NCBI GenBank assembly: GCA_002269645.1
Contig: NIVC01000087.1
Coordinates: 682,001 to 746,000 of the forward strand
Reading direction: 5' to 3'
Length of the DNA stretch: 64,000 bases
Origin: Macrostomum lignano
Taxonomy: Eukaryota
The notes under the pieces were generated by a model. The model worked only from the letters and a program-made list of their open reading frames with translations. It was not told the origin of the DNA and did not search any database. Made by a program: the position numbers and the translations under genes. Positions within the stretch are counted from its first letter, which is position 1. Each line of letters starts with the position of its first letter. Shown here piece after piece: positions 22,835-33,566 of this stretch.

Positions 22835-25800
22835 GTAGCCCAGAGGGGTTGCAGCCTAGAGGGGGTTGTAGCCTAGAGGGGGTTGTAGCCTAGAGGGGGT
22901 TGTAGCCTAGAGGGGGTTGTAGCCTAGAGGGGGTTGTAGCCTAGAGGGGGTTGTAGCCTATAGGGGTTGTAGCCTAGAGGGGGTTGTAGCCTAGAGGGGG
23001 TTGTAGCCTAGAGGGGGTTGTAGCCTAGAGGGGGTTGTAGCCTAGAGGGGGTTGTAGCCTAGAGGGGGTTGTAGCCTAGAGTGGGTTGTAGCCTAGAGGG
23101 GGTTGTAGCCTAGAGGGGGTTGTAGCCTAGAGGGGGTTGTAGCCTAGAGGGGGTTGTAGCCTAGAGGGGGTTGTAGCCTAGAGGGGGTTGTAGCCTAGAG
23201 GGGGTTGTAGCCTAGAGGGGGTTGTAGCCCTCTAGGGGGTTGCAGCCTAGAGGGGGTTGTAGCCTAGAGGGGGTTGTAGCCTAGAGGGGGTTGTAGCCTA
23301 GAGGGGGTTGTAGCCTAGAGGGGGTTGTAGCCTAGAGGGGGTTGTAGCCTAGAGGGGGTTGTAGCCTAGAGGGGGTTGTAGCCTAGAGGGGGTTGTAGCC
23401 TAGAGGGGGTTGTAGCCTAGAGGGGGTTGTAGCCTAGAGGGGGTTGTAGCCTAGAGGGGGTTGTAGCCTAGAGGGGGTTGTAGCCTAGAGGGGGTTGTAG
23501 CCTAGAGGGGGTTGTAGCCTAGAGGGGGTTGTAGCCTAGAGGGGGTTGTAGCCTAGAGGGGGTTGTAGCCTAGAGGGGGTTGTAGCCCTCTAGGGGGTTG
23601 CAGCCTAGAGGGGGTTGTAGCCTAGAGGGGGTTGTAGCCTAGAGGGGGTTGTAGCCTAGAGGGGGTTGTAGCCTAGAGGGGGTTGTAGCCTAGAGGGGGT
23701 TGTAGCCCTCTAGGGGGTTGTAGCCTAGAGGGGGTTGTAGCCCTCTAGGGGGTTGCAGCCTAGAGGGGGTTGTAGCCTAGAGGGGGTTGTAGCCTAGAGG
23801 GGGTTGTAGCCTAGAGGGGGTTGTAGCCTAGAGGGGGTTGTAGCCTAGAGGGGGTTGTAGCCTAGAGGGGGTTGTAGCCTAGAGGGGGTTGTAGCCTAGA
23901 GGGGGTTGTAGCCTAGAGGGGGTTGTAGCCTAGAGGGGGTTGTAGCCTAGAGGGGGTTGTAGCCTAGAGGGGGTTGTAGCCTAGAGGGGGTTGTAGCCTA
24001 GAGGGGGTTGTAGCCTAGAGGGGGTTGTAGCCTAGAGGGGGTTGTAGCCCTCTAGGGGGTTGCAGCCTAGAGGGGGTTGTAGCCTAGAGGGGGTTGTAGC
24101 CTAGAGGGGGTTGTAGCCTAGAGGGGGTTGTAGCCTAGAGGGGGTTGTAGCCTAGAGGGGGTTGTAGCCTAGAGGGGGTTGTAGCCTAGAGGGGGTTGTA
24201 GCCTAGAGGGGGTTGTAGCCTAGAGGGGGTTGTAGCCTAGAGGGGGTTGTAGCCTAGAGGGGGTTGTAGCCTAGAGGGGGTTGTAGCCTAGAGGGGGTTG
24301 TAGCCTATAGGGGGTTGTAGCCTAGAGGGGGTTGTAGCCTAGAGGGGGTTGTAGCCTAGAGGGGGTTGTAGCCTAGAGGGGGTTGTAGCCTAGAGGGGGT
24401 TGTAGCCTAGAGGGGGTTGTAGCCTAGAGGGGGTTGTAGCCTAGAGGGGGTTGTAGCCTAGAGGGGGTTGTAGCCTAGAGGGGGTTGTAGCCTAGAGGGG
24501 GTTGTAGCCCTCTAGGGGGTTGCAGCCTAGAGGGGGTTGTAGCCTAGAGGGGGTTGTAGCCTAGAGGGGGTTGTAGCCTAGAGGGGGTTGTAGCCCAGAG
24601 GGGGTTGTAGCCTAGAGGGGGTTGTAGCCTAGAGGGGGTTGTAGCCTAGAGGGGGTTGTAGCCTAGAGGGGGTTGTAGCCTATAGGGGGTTGTAGCCTAG
24701 AGGGGGTTGTAGCCTAGAGGGGGTTGTAGCCTAGAGGGGGTTGTAGCCTAGAGGGGGTTGTAGCCTAGAGGGGGTTGTAGCCTAGAGGGGGTTGTAGCCT
24801 AGAGGGGGTTGTAGCCTAGAGGGGGTTGTAGCCTAGAGGGGGTTGTAGCCTAGAGGGGGTTGTAGCCTAGAGGGGGTTGTAGCCTAGAGGGGGTTGTAGC
24901 CTAGAGGGGGTTGTAGCCTAGAGGGGGTTGTAGCCTAGAGGGGGTTGTAGCCTATAGGGGGTTGTAGCCTAGAGGGGGTTGTAGCCTAGAGCGGGTTGTA
25001 GCCTAGAGGGGGTTGCAGCCCAGAGGGGGTTGTAGCCTAGAGGGGGTTGTAGCCTAGAGGGGGTTGTAGCCTAGAGGGGGTTGTAGCCTAGAGGGGGTTG
25101 TAGCCTATAGGGGGTTGTAGCCTAGAGGGGGTTGTAGCCTAGAGGGGGTTGTAGCCTAGAGGGGGTTGTAGCCTAGAGGGGGTTGTAGCCTAGAGGGGGT
25201 TGTAGCCTAGAGGGGGTTGTAGCCTAGAGGGGGTTGTAGCCTAGAGGGGGTTGTAGCCCTCTAGGGGGTTGCAGCCTAGAGGGGTTGTAGCCTAGAGGGG
25301 GTTGTAGCCTAGAGGGGGTTGTAGCCTAGAGGGGGTTGTAGCCTAGAGGGGGTTGTAGCCTAGAGGGGGTTGTAGCCTAGAGGGGGTTGTAGCCTAGAGG
25401 GGGTTGTAGCCCTCTAGGGGGTTGCAGCCTAGAGGGGGTTGTAGCCTAGAGGGGGTTGTAGCCTAGAGGGGGTTGTAGCCTAGAGGGGGTTGTAGCCAGA
25501 GGGGGTTGTAGCCTAGAGGGGGTTGTAGCCTAGAGGGGGTTGTAGCCTAGAGGGGGTTGTAGCCTAGAGGGGGTTGTAGCCTAGAGGGGGTTGTAGCCTA
25601 GAGGGGGTTGTAGCCTAGAGGGGGTTGTAGCCTATAGGGGGTTGTAGCCTAGAGGGGGTTGTAGCCTAGAGCGGGTTGTAGCCTAGAGGGGGTTGCAGCC
25701 CAGAGGGGGTTGTAGCCTAGAGGGGGTTGTAGCCTAGAGGGGGTTGTAGCCTAGAGGGGGTTGTAGCCTAGAGGGGGTTGTAGCCTATAGGGGGTTGTAG

Positions 25801-25888
25801 CCTAGAGGGGGTTGTAGCCTAGAGGGGGTTGTAGCCTAGAGGGGGTTGTAGCCTAGAGGGGGTTGTAGCCTAGAGGGGGTTGTAGCCT
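22835..25888 (+). repeat. 17-bp satellite (AGGGGGTTGTAGCCTAG)n, about 180 copies
   Basis: A 3-kb array with recurring variants (..CCCTCTAGGGGGTTGCAG.., ..CCTATAGG..). Confidence 0.98.
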
Positions 25889-25967
25889 TGAGGGTGTGCT
25901 TTCACAAGGTCGAAATTTCACAACACCGAAAACTTAATATAACAAGAACCATGCAGTAGTTTTCTAC

Positions 25968-26022
25968 GCTGTGAAGTTTCGACCTTGTGAAGTTTCGACC
26001 TTGTGAAGCTTCGACCTTGTGA
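25968..26022. repeat. 16-bp repeat (GTGAAGTTTCGACCTT), 3-4 copies
   Basis: Direct reading of the sequence. Confidence 0.85.
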
Positions 26023-26086
26023 AAGTGGTTGCTATTTGAGTTTTCGATGTTATGAAATTTCGTTGTGAAATTTCGAGTTTGTGAAA

Positions 26087-26190
26087 CCCCCCTCCCCGGG
26101 TGGCGACCCCCAGTCCTTGGACTGAACAGCCGTACGCAGCCTTCAGATGTGCCGCGCAATAGCTGCGGCTGAGCTGTCGGTTGCACATCT
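26087..26190 (+). mobile_element. SINE family A 3' fragment
   Basis: GGCGACCCCCAGTCCTTGGACTGAACAGCCGTACGCAGCCTTCAGATG..GTTGCACATCTG, nearly identical to 60088-60178. Confidence 0.8.
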
Positions 26191-26664
26191 GCTTAATTGA
26201 CTAAGGATTTTGCTGATCGAAAAAAAATTATTATTATATAGTATGCTCTATCGGATTTCTTGAGAGTATACTAAATGCACTTGCGATACGACAGATAGCA
26301 ACAAGAGCAGCAACTAAAATCAGCCTAATCTTGTCTTGAACACGGGCATTCGGGAAAAAGTTGGCACTCTACTCGTACTTTCTGGTCTCGGGTCTTCTTG
26401 GCGCAGCTGTCCAGAGGGGACGAGACCTGGGACTGAGTCAAAGAGAGCGCTTTCACCACAGAAGGACTAACTGAAGGTTCCAATGTCACTACTGTTTTTT
26501 AACCGTATTTTAAGTAGTAACAACTGAAAGCATCTCGATAATTTTTATTTTTGCGCTTTAAAATTTAATAACAATACTCACCATAAGTCAATTCTACAGA
26601 GTTCAATGTAAATTGCGAAATTTGTCGGTTTTGCCATAGACTAAAGCTTTGAACAAATGAAAAC

Positions 26665-26693
26665 CAAGGACCACTAGAATCTAGTGGTCCTTG
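26665..26693. mobile_element. 29-bp TIR-only element or footprint with an 8-bp TSD
   Basis: CAAGGACCACTAG-aat-CTAGTGGTCCTTG is a perfect 13-bp inverted repeat, flanked on both sides by ATGAAAAC (26657-26664, 26694-26701). Confidence 0.75.
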
Positions 26694-27835
26694 ATGAAAA
26701 CACATAATTTGCTTGGCTATGCGGTAAAACTCTAAATCGGACGCGAATGAAAGACCAACTACACCTTTTCACGTTCAATTTTGATCAAAGTCCAGTTCTA
26801 AAAGAACTAGCGGAAATTCAATTCAGACAATTCAGACTGGGGAAAGTTTTGTCTATGGCTAAACCTTGCTTCAGTAGCAGAATGTTTTGAACAGGATTTT
26901 GTTTTTATTGATTTTCCGTAAGCGTTGCCCCAGTCTGAATTGTCTGAATTGTCTGAATTGTCTAAACAGAAAATCTCGGAGATAAAGTTTCGATTTTTAA
27001 AAACCTTGCTGCAAAGGACAAAGGAAGTTCTAGTAAAGTTCATCAAATATTTGATCGACACAAGCGCCAAAATGCAACTGTCTCGAGATAGCATACTGGT
27101 ACAGAAGAAAATAGGCTTGAGATACTCGTTTGCGTACGAGACATTGGATATCTGTTTTCTAGCTTAGCACACAAATACTAGAATAACTACTAGATGGGGG
27201 CCACTCAGCACATTTGCGTGTAAGCTACTTTTAGTTCAGTAGCAAGTTAAACAAAAGCATTTTAATGTATTTTTAAAGCCAAGGCTCATTTATTGGCTCT
27301 TACCCCCAGCTTAAACCCTCCAACTGCGCGTTTCCACACTACCCCCTCCGCCCCGCCTCAATTTTTATTGCCTTACTCGAAATTCCAGCCGAAAACTGCC
27401 ATGTACATTTCAGTGGACTGGCTAATGTACATTATTGCTGAACCAATTAGCAAGTTGTTTACGCCTGCAAGCTCGGGCTGCTTGACTTATCAATATCGTT
27501 TCAGCTGGCTTCATTCTTATAAAATAGCTTATGTATTCTTCTTTGCTACTGAACTGAAATTAGAAAGCTGTTTTACTAAGTATATGCCTGTGGCTTAGCA
27601 CGACAAAAGCAATTTCTGTGATTAAATCTAAGCAATTAAAAGCAGCCCAAAATTCTGTTTCTACAATTGACAGTTGTTTCCACAGAAAAGTTTTGGTTGG
27701 GAAATTTGCCTCTGAGTGGACAAGTTCTATAAAAATTCCTTGTCAGCAAGAAGTGCATTCCGCTGGCCCCTGAGCAGCACACGGATACGTATGGAGGCAC
27801 ACTGGGTTCATCGCTGCCGAATCGAAGTCGATTTT

Positions 27836-28115
27836 TTATTACACCTGCCCAAATGGGCAGAGGTGCAACCGACAGCTCAGCCGCAGCTATTGAACGGTGG
27901 CGCATCTCTGAAGGCTGCCCTGTTCGGGGTCGCCGCACACACCCTCAATTACACCCCAGCTAATGCTGGCACCCATTTTACAGCTGGGTGAACTGGAGAA
28001 ATGCAAAGTTAAGTGACGTGCTCATTGACACAGTTTGTTCCGAGTGGGTCGGGAATCGAGCCCCTGACCTTTCAGTCGTGAGTCCCACGTTCTCCACCTC
28101 TAGGCTGCAACCCCC
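27836..28115 (-). mobile_element. SINE family A copy whose 5' end runs into a 17-bp array
   Basis: Reverse complement of the family consensus. The head is contiguous with the array at 28100-28380. Confidence 0.85.
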
Positions 28116-28380
28116 TCTAGGCTACAACCCCTCTAGGCTGCAACCCCCTCTAGGCTACAACCCCTCTAGGCTGCAACCCCCTCTAGGCTACAACCCCTCT
28201 AGGCTGCAACCCCCTCTAGGCTACAACCCCTCTAGGCTGCAACCCCCTCTAGGCTACAACCCCTCTAGGCTGCAACCGCTTCTAGGCTGCAACTGCCTCT
28301 AGGCTGCAACCCTCTTTAGGCTGCAACCCCCTCTAGTCTACAACCTCCCCTAGGCTGCAACCCCGTCTAGGCTACAACCC
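28100..28380 (-). repeat. 17-bp satellite in inverted orientation, about 17 copies
   Basis: CTAGGCT(G/A)CAACCCC(C)T repeats, the reverse complement of the 22835-25888 unit. Confidence 0.95.
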
Positions 28381-28425
28381 GTATTAATATATAATAAATA
28401 CATGTAATACTGTATTTATACTGTA

Positions 28426-29394
28426 CTTCGGGTGTGTCATAAGTAATGTCACTGCAGGCCTCTGTCTAAAATATGTAGGCACATGGACTTGTGGGTAGTG
28501 TAGCTGCAAAGTATACTTAGTGAAGCAATAGCAGTGCATTTGAGACGTGCATAGGTTGTTTATGGCCCAAGCTATCGCAAGAATACGCCAAGCAGATTTA
28601 GCAAGTGCAACGCGATGAAAAACCGTCCATGCAGCGAACAAAAATCACCATGAATCTCGACATGACGCCTGCACCAAGCAGATCCGCAAGGTGTTTAGCA
28701 GCCGGGGCTTGAATGACATCCTAAACTGCCTGGTTGCTGAGGATGAAAGCTGGCTCCACCTGGATGGCAAGGGCAGCAAGGCAGACAATCGCTGCTGGCT
28801 GGGAGCTGGGGACTCCAGGCCGATGGTGACTAGGAAGTCCATCTTGGACAAGAAGACCATGCTGCTGGTAGCCTTCACGCCAAACAAACGAGTCTCCATC
28901 TGCACAACTCCACCGAACACCAAGGTCGATGGCCAGTATTTTATCGACTTTGTCCGGCACACTGGAGACCTCTGGCGCACTCTCCGGTCAAATCCATGTC
29001 ACCTGGACGAAGTTCTGTGGCAGATGGACACCGCACGGCTGCACATCTGAAGGCTGTTTCGAATTTTCTGCCTGTACGGCGAGTGAATATGCTCTGACAG
29101 AGTCCCTATAGCCCGGACTTCAACTTTTGCAAGAGATTCCTGTTCAAATGGCTGAAGGCTGACTTTTCCAAGAAGAGTTGCAAACCATGAAGAGGTCAAA
29201 CAGGCCACGTTGCACTGGTTACGGCAGTTGGAGGAAAAACACCTGCAGGCTGAGGTGGACAAGCTGTATGAGCACCTCCAGAGGGTGATTGATATTGGGG
29301 GACTCTATGCTGTTGAGTGCTACAGTTTTGTTAATCTGCGATTGCAAGTTCGTCTGTTTTCACATCAGTGACATTACTTATGACACACCCGAAG
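28426..29394 (+). mobile_element. Internally deleted, inactive Tc1/mariner DNA transposon
   Basis: Perfect 29-bp TIRs (CTTCGGGTGTGTCATAAGTAATGTCACTG at 28426-28454 and its reverse complement at 29366-29394), with TA on both sides. Transposase remnants EDESWLH, WQMDTARLH and QSPYSPDFN are present. The N-terminal DNA-binding region is missing and there are stops and frameshifts. Confidence 0.92.
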
Positions 29395-29618
29395 TATTTA
29401 ATGATAAGATCCTACTGTATTTAATGATAATGATAAGATAAGATAATGATAATGATAATGATAAGATGATAAATTATACTGTATTTAATGATAAGATTGG
29501 GCAATAGCTCTTAGCATTGTTGCAATTGTAAAGGACAAGCAGAGTAGTCGATGCACAGCTACAAACATACCACTCAATTACTGGTAATGCAAAGCAATCT
29601 CCTACTAATAGTATTTAC

Positions 29619-30143
29619 CTGTTCAGCTGCAGCTTGCTGATCAACCTTTGCATCTGAAATTGCATCCGCGTCAGTCTGCCCGTCTTCCGCAGTAGCACCA
29701 GCCTCATCTTCACTAGTAGCACCAGCATGCAGTGTTTCCGTGTCAGCGTCAGCCTCCGCGTCTGGATGAAGCGCCGCTAGCAGCTGCTCCAGGTGGTCGT
29801 CGAGCTCGACAGTGGGCACCAGCTGGCAGAGCGGGTGGCCCTCGAGTCCCGCCACGCTGTCCGCCGGGTCCTGCAGCGCCCGGGCGACAACCAGTCGGAC
29901 GTGTTCGCCGCTCTGCCGGAGCACCGTGGCCACCTGCTCGCTGCTCATGCCGCGCACGCCGACTCCGCCGATGCAGACAATGTGGTCGCCGGAGCGAAGG
30001 CGGCCGTCTTGATCGGCGATGCCGCCAGGCAGGATGGTGCGCACCACCACCCCGGTGCTCTTGCTGCCGATGATGCCGAAGCCGAGGCCCGTGCCGTCAT
30101 TCAACAAGTCGACGACCTCGATCTCAGTCCAGTCGGTGTTCAG
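29619..30143 (-). CDS. MPDZ: MPDZ-like exon: PDZ2 equivalent (Drosophila Patj PDZ1)
   Basis: [81 protein letters not shown]. Acceptor gatccag, donor CAG|gtaaat. Confidence 0.95.
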
Positions 30144-30262
30144 CTGGATCGGTTCAAGTGGGGTGTTTGTGGTTTTGAATGCATGACGGATGCTGGCTCA
30201 GAATTTAACGACAATCCCAAGTTAAACAAGTTCGAAATCTTGCCGTTTTTAAATGAATGGTG

Positions 30263-31228
30263 AGTTGAGCTTTGACAGATTGGGAGAATGGTAATGACTG
30301 AGGAGAGTGACGGTTGTGACAGATAAGGAGAATAGTAAAGACTGAGGAGAGTGACAGTTGTGACAGATTGGGAGAATGGTAATGACTGAGGAGAGTGACG
30401 GTTGTGACAGATAAGGAGAATAGTAAAGACTGTGGAGAGTGACATTTGTGACATATTTGGAGAATGGTAAAGACTGGGGAGAGTGACAGTTGTGACAGAT
30501 TGGGAGAATAGTAAAGACTGGGGAGAGTGACAGTTGTGACAGATTGGGAGAATGGTAAAGACTGAGGAGAGTGACAGTTGTGACAGATTAGGAGGATGGT
30601 AAAGACTGGGGAGAGTGACAGTTGTGACAGATTGGGAGAATGGTAAAGAAGAGAATTAAAGTTGTGACAGATTAGGAGAATGGTAATGACTGAGGAGAGT
30701 GACATTTGTGACAGATTGGGAGGATGGTAAAGAAGAGAATTAAAGTTGTGACAGATTAGGAGAATGGTAAAGACTGGGGAGAGTGACAGTTGTGACAGAT
30801 TGGGAGATTGGTAAAGACTGAGGAGAGTGACAGTTGTGACAGATTGGGAGAATGGTAAAGACTGAGGAGAGTGACAGTTGTGACAGATTGGGAGAATGGT
30901 AAAGACTGTGGAGAGTGACAGTTGTGACAGATTAGGAGGATGGTAAAGACTGAGGAGAGTGACAGTTGTGACAGATTGGGAGAATGCTAAAGACTGGGGA
31001 GAGTGACAGTTGTGACAGATTAGGAAGATGGTAAAGACTGAGGAGAGTGACAGTTGTGACAGGTTGGGAGAATGGTAAAGACTGAGGAGAGTGACAGTTG
31101 TGACAGATTAGGAGAATGGTAAAGACTGAGGAGAGTGACAGTTGTGACAGATTGGGAGAATGGTAAAGACTGAGGAGAGTGACAGTTGTGACAGATTGGG
31201 AGAATGGTAAAGACTGAGGAGAGTGACA
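30263..31228. repeat. 44-bp minisatellite, array 1 (about 22 copies)
   Basis: Unit GACTGAGGAGAGTGACAGTTGTGACAGATTGGGAGAATGGTAAA. Confidence 0.95.
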
Positions 31229-31669
31229 AAGAGTATCCCAGCGAACAGAAGGGTGACAGGAGCAACGAACTACTTTAGGAATTAAAAAATGAGCTAAGGT
31301 TAAAAATTACCCCTGGATTTTGGGGCGCCCGTCAATATGATGAATAAATTGCATCACAGTCCTTGACTTCTAAGAGCGCCATCGAAAAAAACCGACAGCT
31401 AAAATTCCTGTTTAACTATCAGCTTCCTCGTCTTACATCTTACAAGTGTACTTCAGAATTAATCAGCTGATTGAAGTTCCCAACCTCTCATTGTTGATTG
31501 TACGATTGCTTTCGTACACCGACAGTGAGAGATTTGTTTTGATATACAGAATTTTTAGTTTAGCGTCTTCTGACATTTTTAGTAATGAAAAGAAGAAGAA
31601 GAATAACTGCAGCAGAATTGTGGGCCCTGGTGCCAGCGCCTTCGGCGACATCCGTCCTGCAACCAGTGC

Positions 31670-31853
31670 CTTAGACTTTGGGGTCTAAGGCAACCAACCC
31701 CCCCGTAGACTTTGGGGTCTAAGGCAACCAACCCTTCGTAGACTTTGGGGTCTAAGGCAACCAACCCCCCCGTAGACTTTGGGGTCTAAGGCAACCAACC
31801 CCCCCGTAGACTTTGGGGTCTAAGGCAACCAACCCCCCCCGTAGACTTTGGGG
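31670..31853. repeat. ~34-bp minisatellite, 5 copies
   Basis: Unit AGACTTTGGGGTCTAAGGCAACCAACCCCCCCGT. Confidence 0.93.
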
Positions 31854-32595
31854 TTTCCCCACTCTCGGACCGCTTTCCAAAATTTTTCGCGCGCACACTC
31901 GGGTTTTGTCGTTGGGGGGGGGGGGTGTGGCGTGGACTCGGTCTAGCACCAGGCCTTGTTCCTGGTCCCAATCTGGGCCGCTCGGGCTATATGCTCTGAC
32001 ACCTGTTGAGTTGACTGGTTTGCCCAGTCACACGGGTACTTGAAAAGGAGACTCGTAAACCCTGATGATTTCTGGGCAAATTCATGCCTAAAGCAGTTAT
32101 TGTGTGTGAGAGCCTGAATTCCATCCTTGCTCTGGTATCTCCACGGTTGACTCCAAGGCGCCACTCGTAAAATGCTAATTTGTTCAGAAGTTATCCAGAA
32201 AATTTATTATTTTAGTGGGAGCGACTGAATCTAAATTTGGGTCAGTTTTTTCTCTATCCGTTCTGCAGGCTTTGAAGATTTCAGTTCATTCAGAGGGCAG
32301 GAGCTACATGGCTGGGAATCAATGGCAAACTAGCTGAGACAGTTCACAATGATTTATCGATTAGACTGGCAGGGAGGCGGCTGAAACTTGAGCTCAACCT
32401 ACTGAGGTGGTCCACGCCAAATTTTGCTCAGCGTTTTTTTACTAGTGTAATGAGCGCCCGCACCGCTGCGCTTGTGGAAGATGGAATGGCTCGCGAAGGA
32501 CATTGACGTTGACAAAATACAAGCTGACATTAACTAATTGGCTTTGCTTATGAGAGGGAAATGATTTTAGACATGAGTTGGAAACATTAAGACTG

Positions 32596-33566
32596 ACACA
32601 GAGTGACAGTTGTGACGGATTGGGAGAATGGTAAAGACTGAGGAGAGTGACATTTGTGACAGATTGGGAGAATGGTAGACTGAGGAGAGTGACAGTTGTG
32701 ACAGATTGGGAGAATGGTAGACTGAGGAGAGTGACAGTTGTGACAGATTGGGAGAATGGTAGACTGGGGAGAGTGACAGTTGTGACGGATAGGGAGAATG
32801 GTAATGACTGAGGAGAGTGACATTTGTGACAGATTGGGAGAATGGTAGACTGAGGAGAGTGACAGTTGTGACAGATTGGGAGAATGGTAAAGACTGAGGA
32901 GAGTGACATTTGTGACAGATTGGGAGAATGGTAGACTGAGGAGAGTGACAGTTGTGACAGATTGGGAGAATGGTAAAGACTGAGGAGAGTGACAGTTGTG
33001 ACAGATTGGGAGAATGGTAGACTGGGGAGAGTGACAGTTGTGACAGATTGGGAGAATGGTAAAGACTGAGGAGAGTGACAGTTGTGATAGATTGGGAGAA
33101 TGGTAAAGACTGAGGAGAGTGACAGTTCTGACAGATTGGGAGAATGGTAGACTGAGGAGAGTGACGGTTGTGACAGATTAGGAGAATGATAAAGACTGAG
33201 GAGAGTGACAGTTGTGACAGATTGGGAGAATGGTAAAGACTGAGGAGAGTGACGGTGTGACAGATAAGGAGAATAGTAAAGACTGTGGAGAGTGACAGTT
33301 GTGACAGATTTGGAGAATGGTAAAGACTGGGGAGAGTGACAGTTGTGACAGATTGGGAGAATAGTAAAGACTGAGGAGAGTGACAGTTGTGACAGATTGG
33401 GAGAATGGTAAAGACTGGGGAGAGTGAAAGTTGTGACAGCTTAGGAGAATGGTAAAGACTGAGGAGAGTGACATTTGTGACAGATTAGGAGGATGGTAAT
33501 GATTGAGGAGAGTGATAGTTCTGAGAGATCGGGAGAATGGTAAAGACTGGGGAGAGTGACAGTTGT
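32596..33566. repeat. 42-44-bp minisatellite, array 2 (same family as 30263-31228)
   Basis: Same unit, with many copies lacking two As (GGTAGACTG). Confidence 0.95.
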
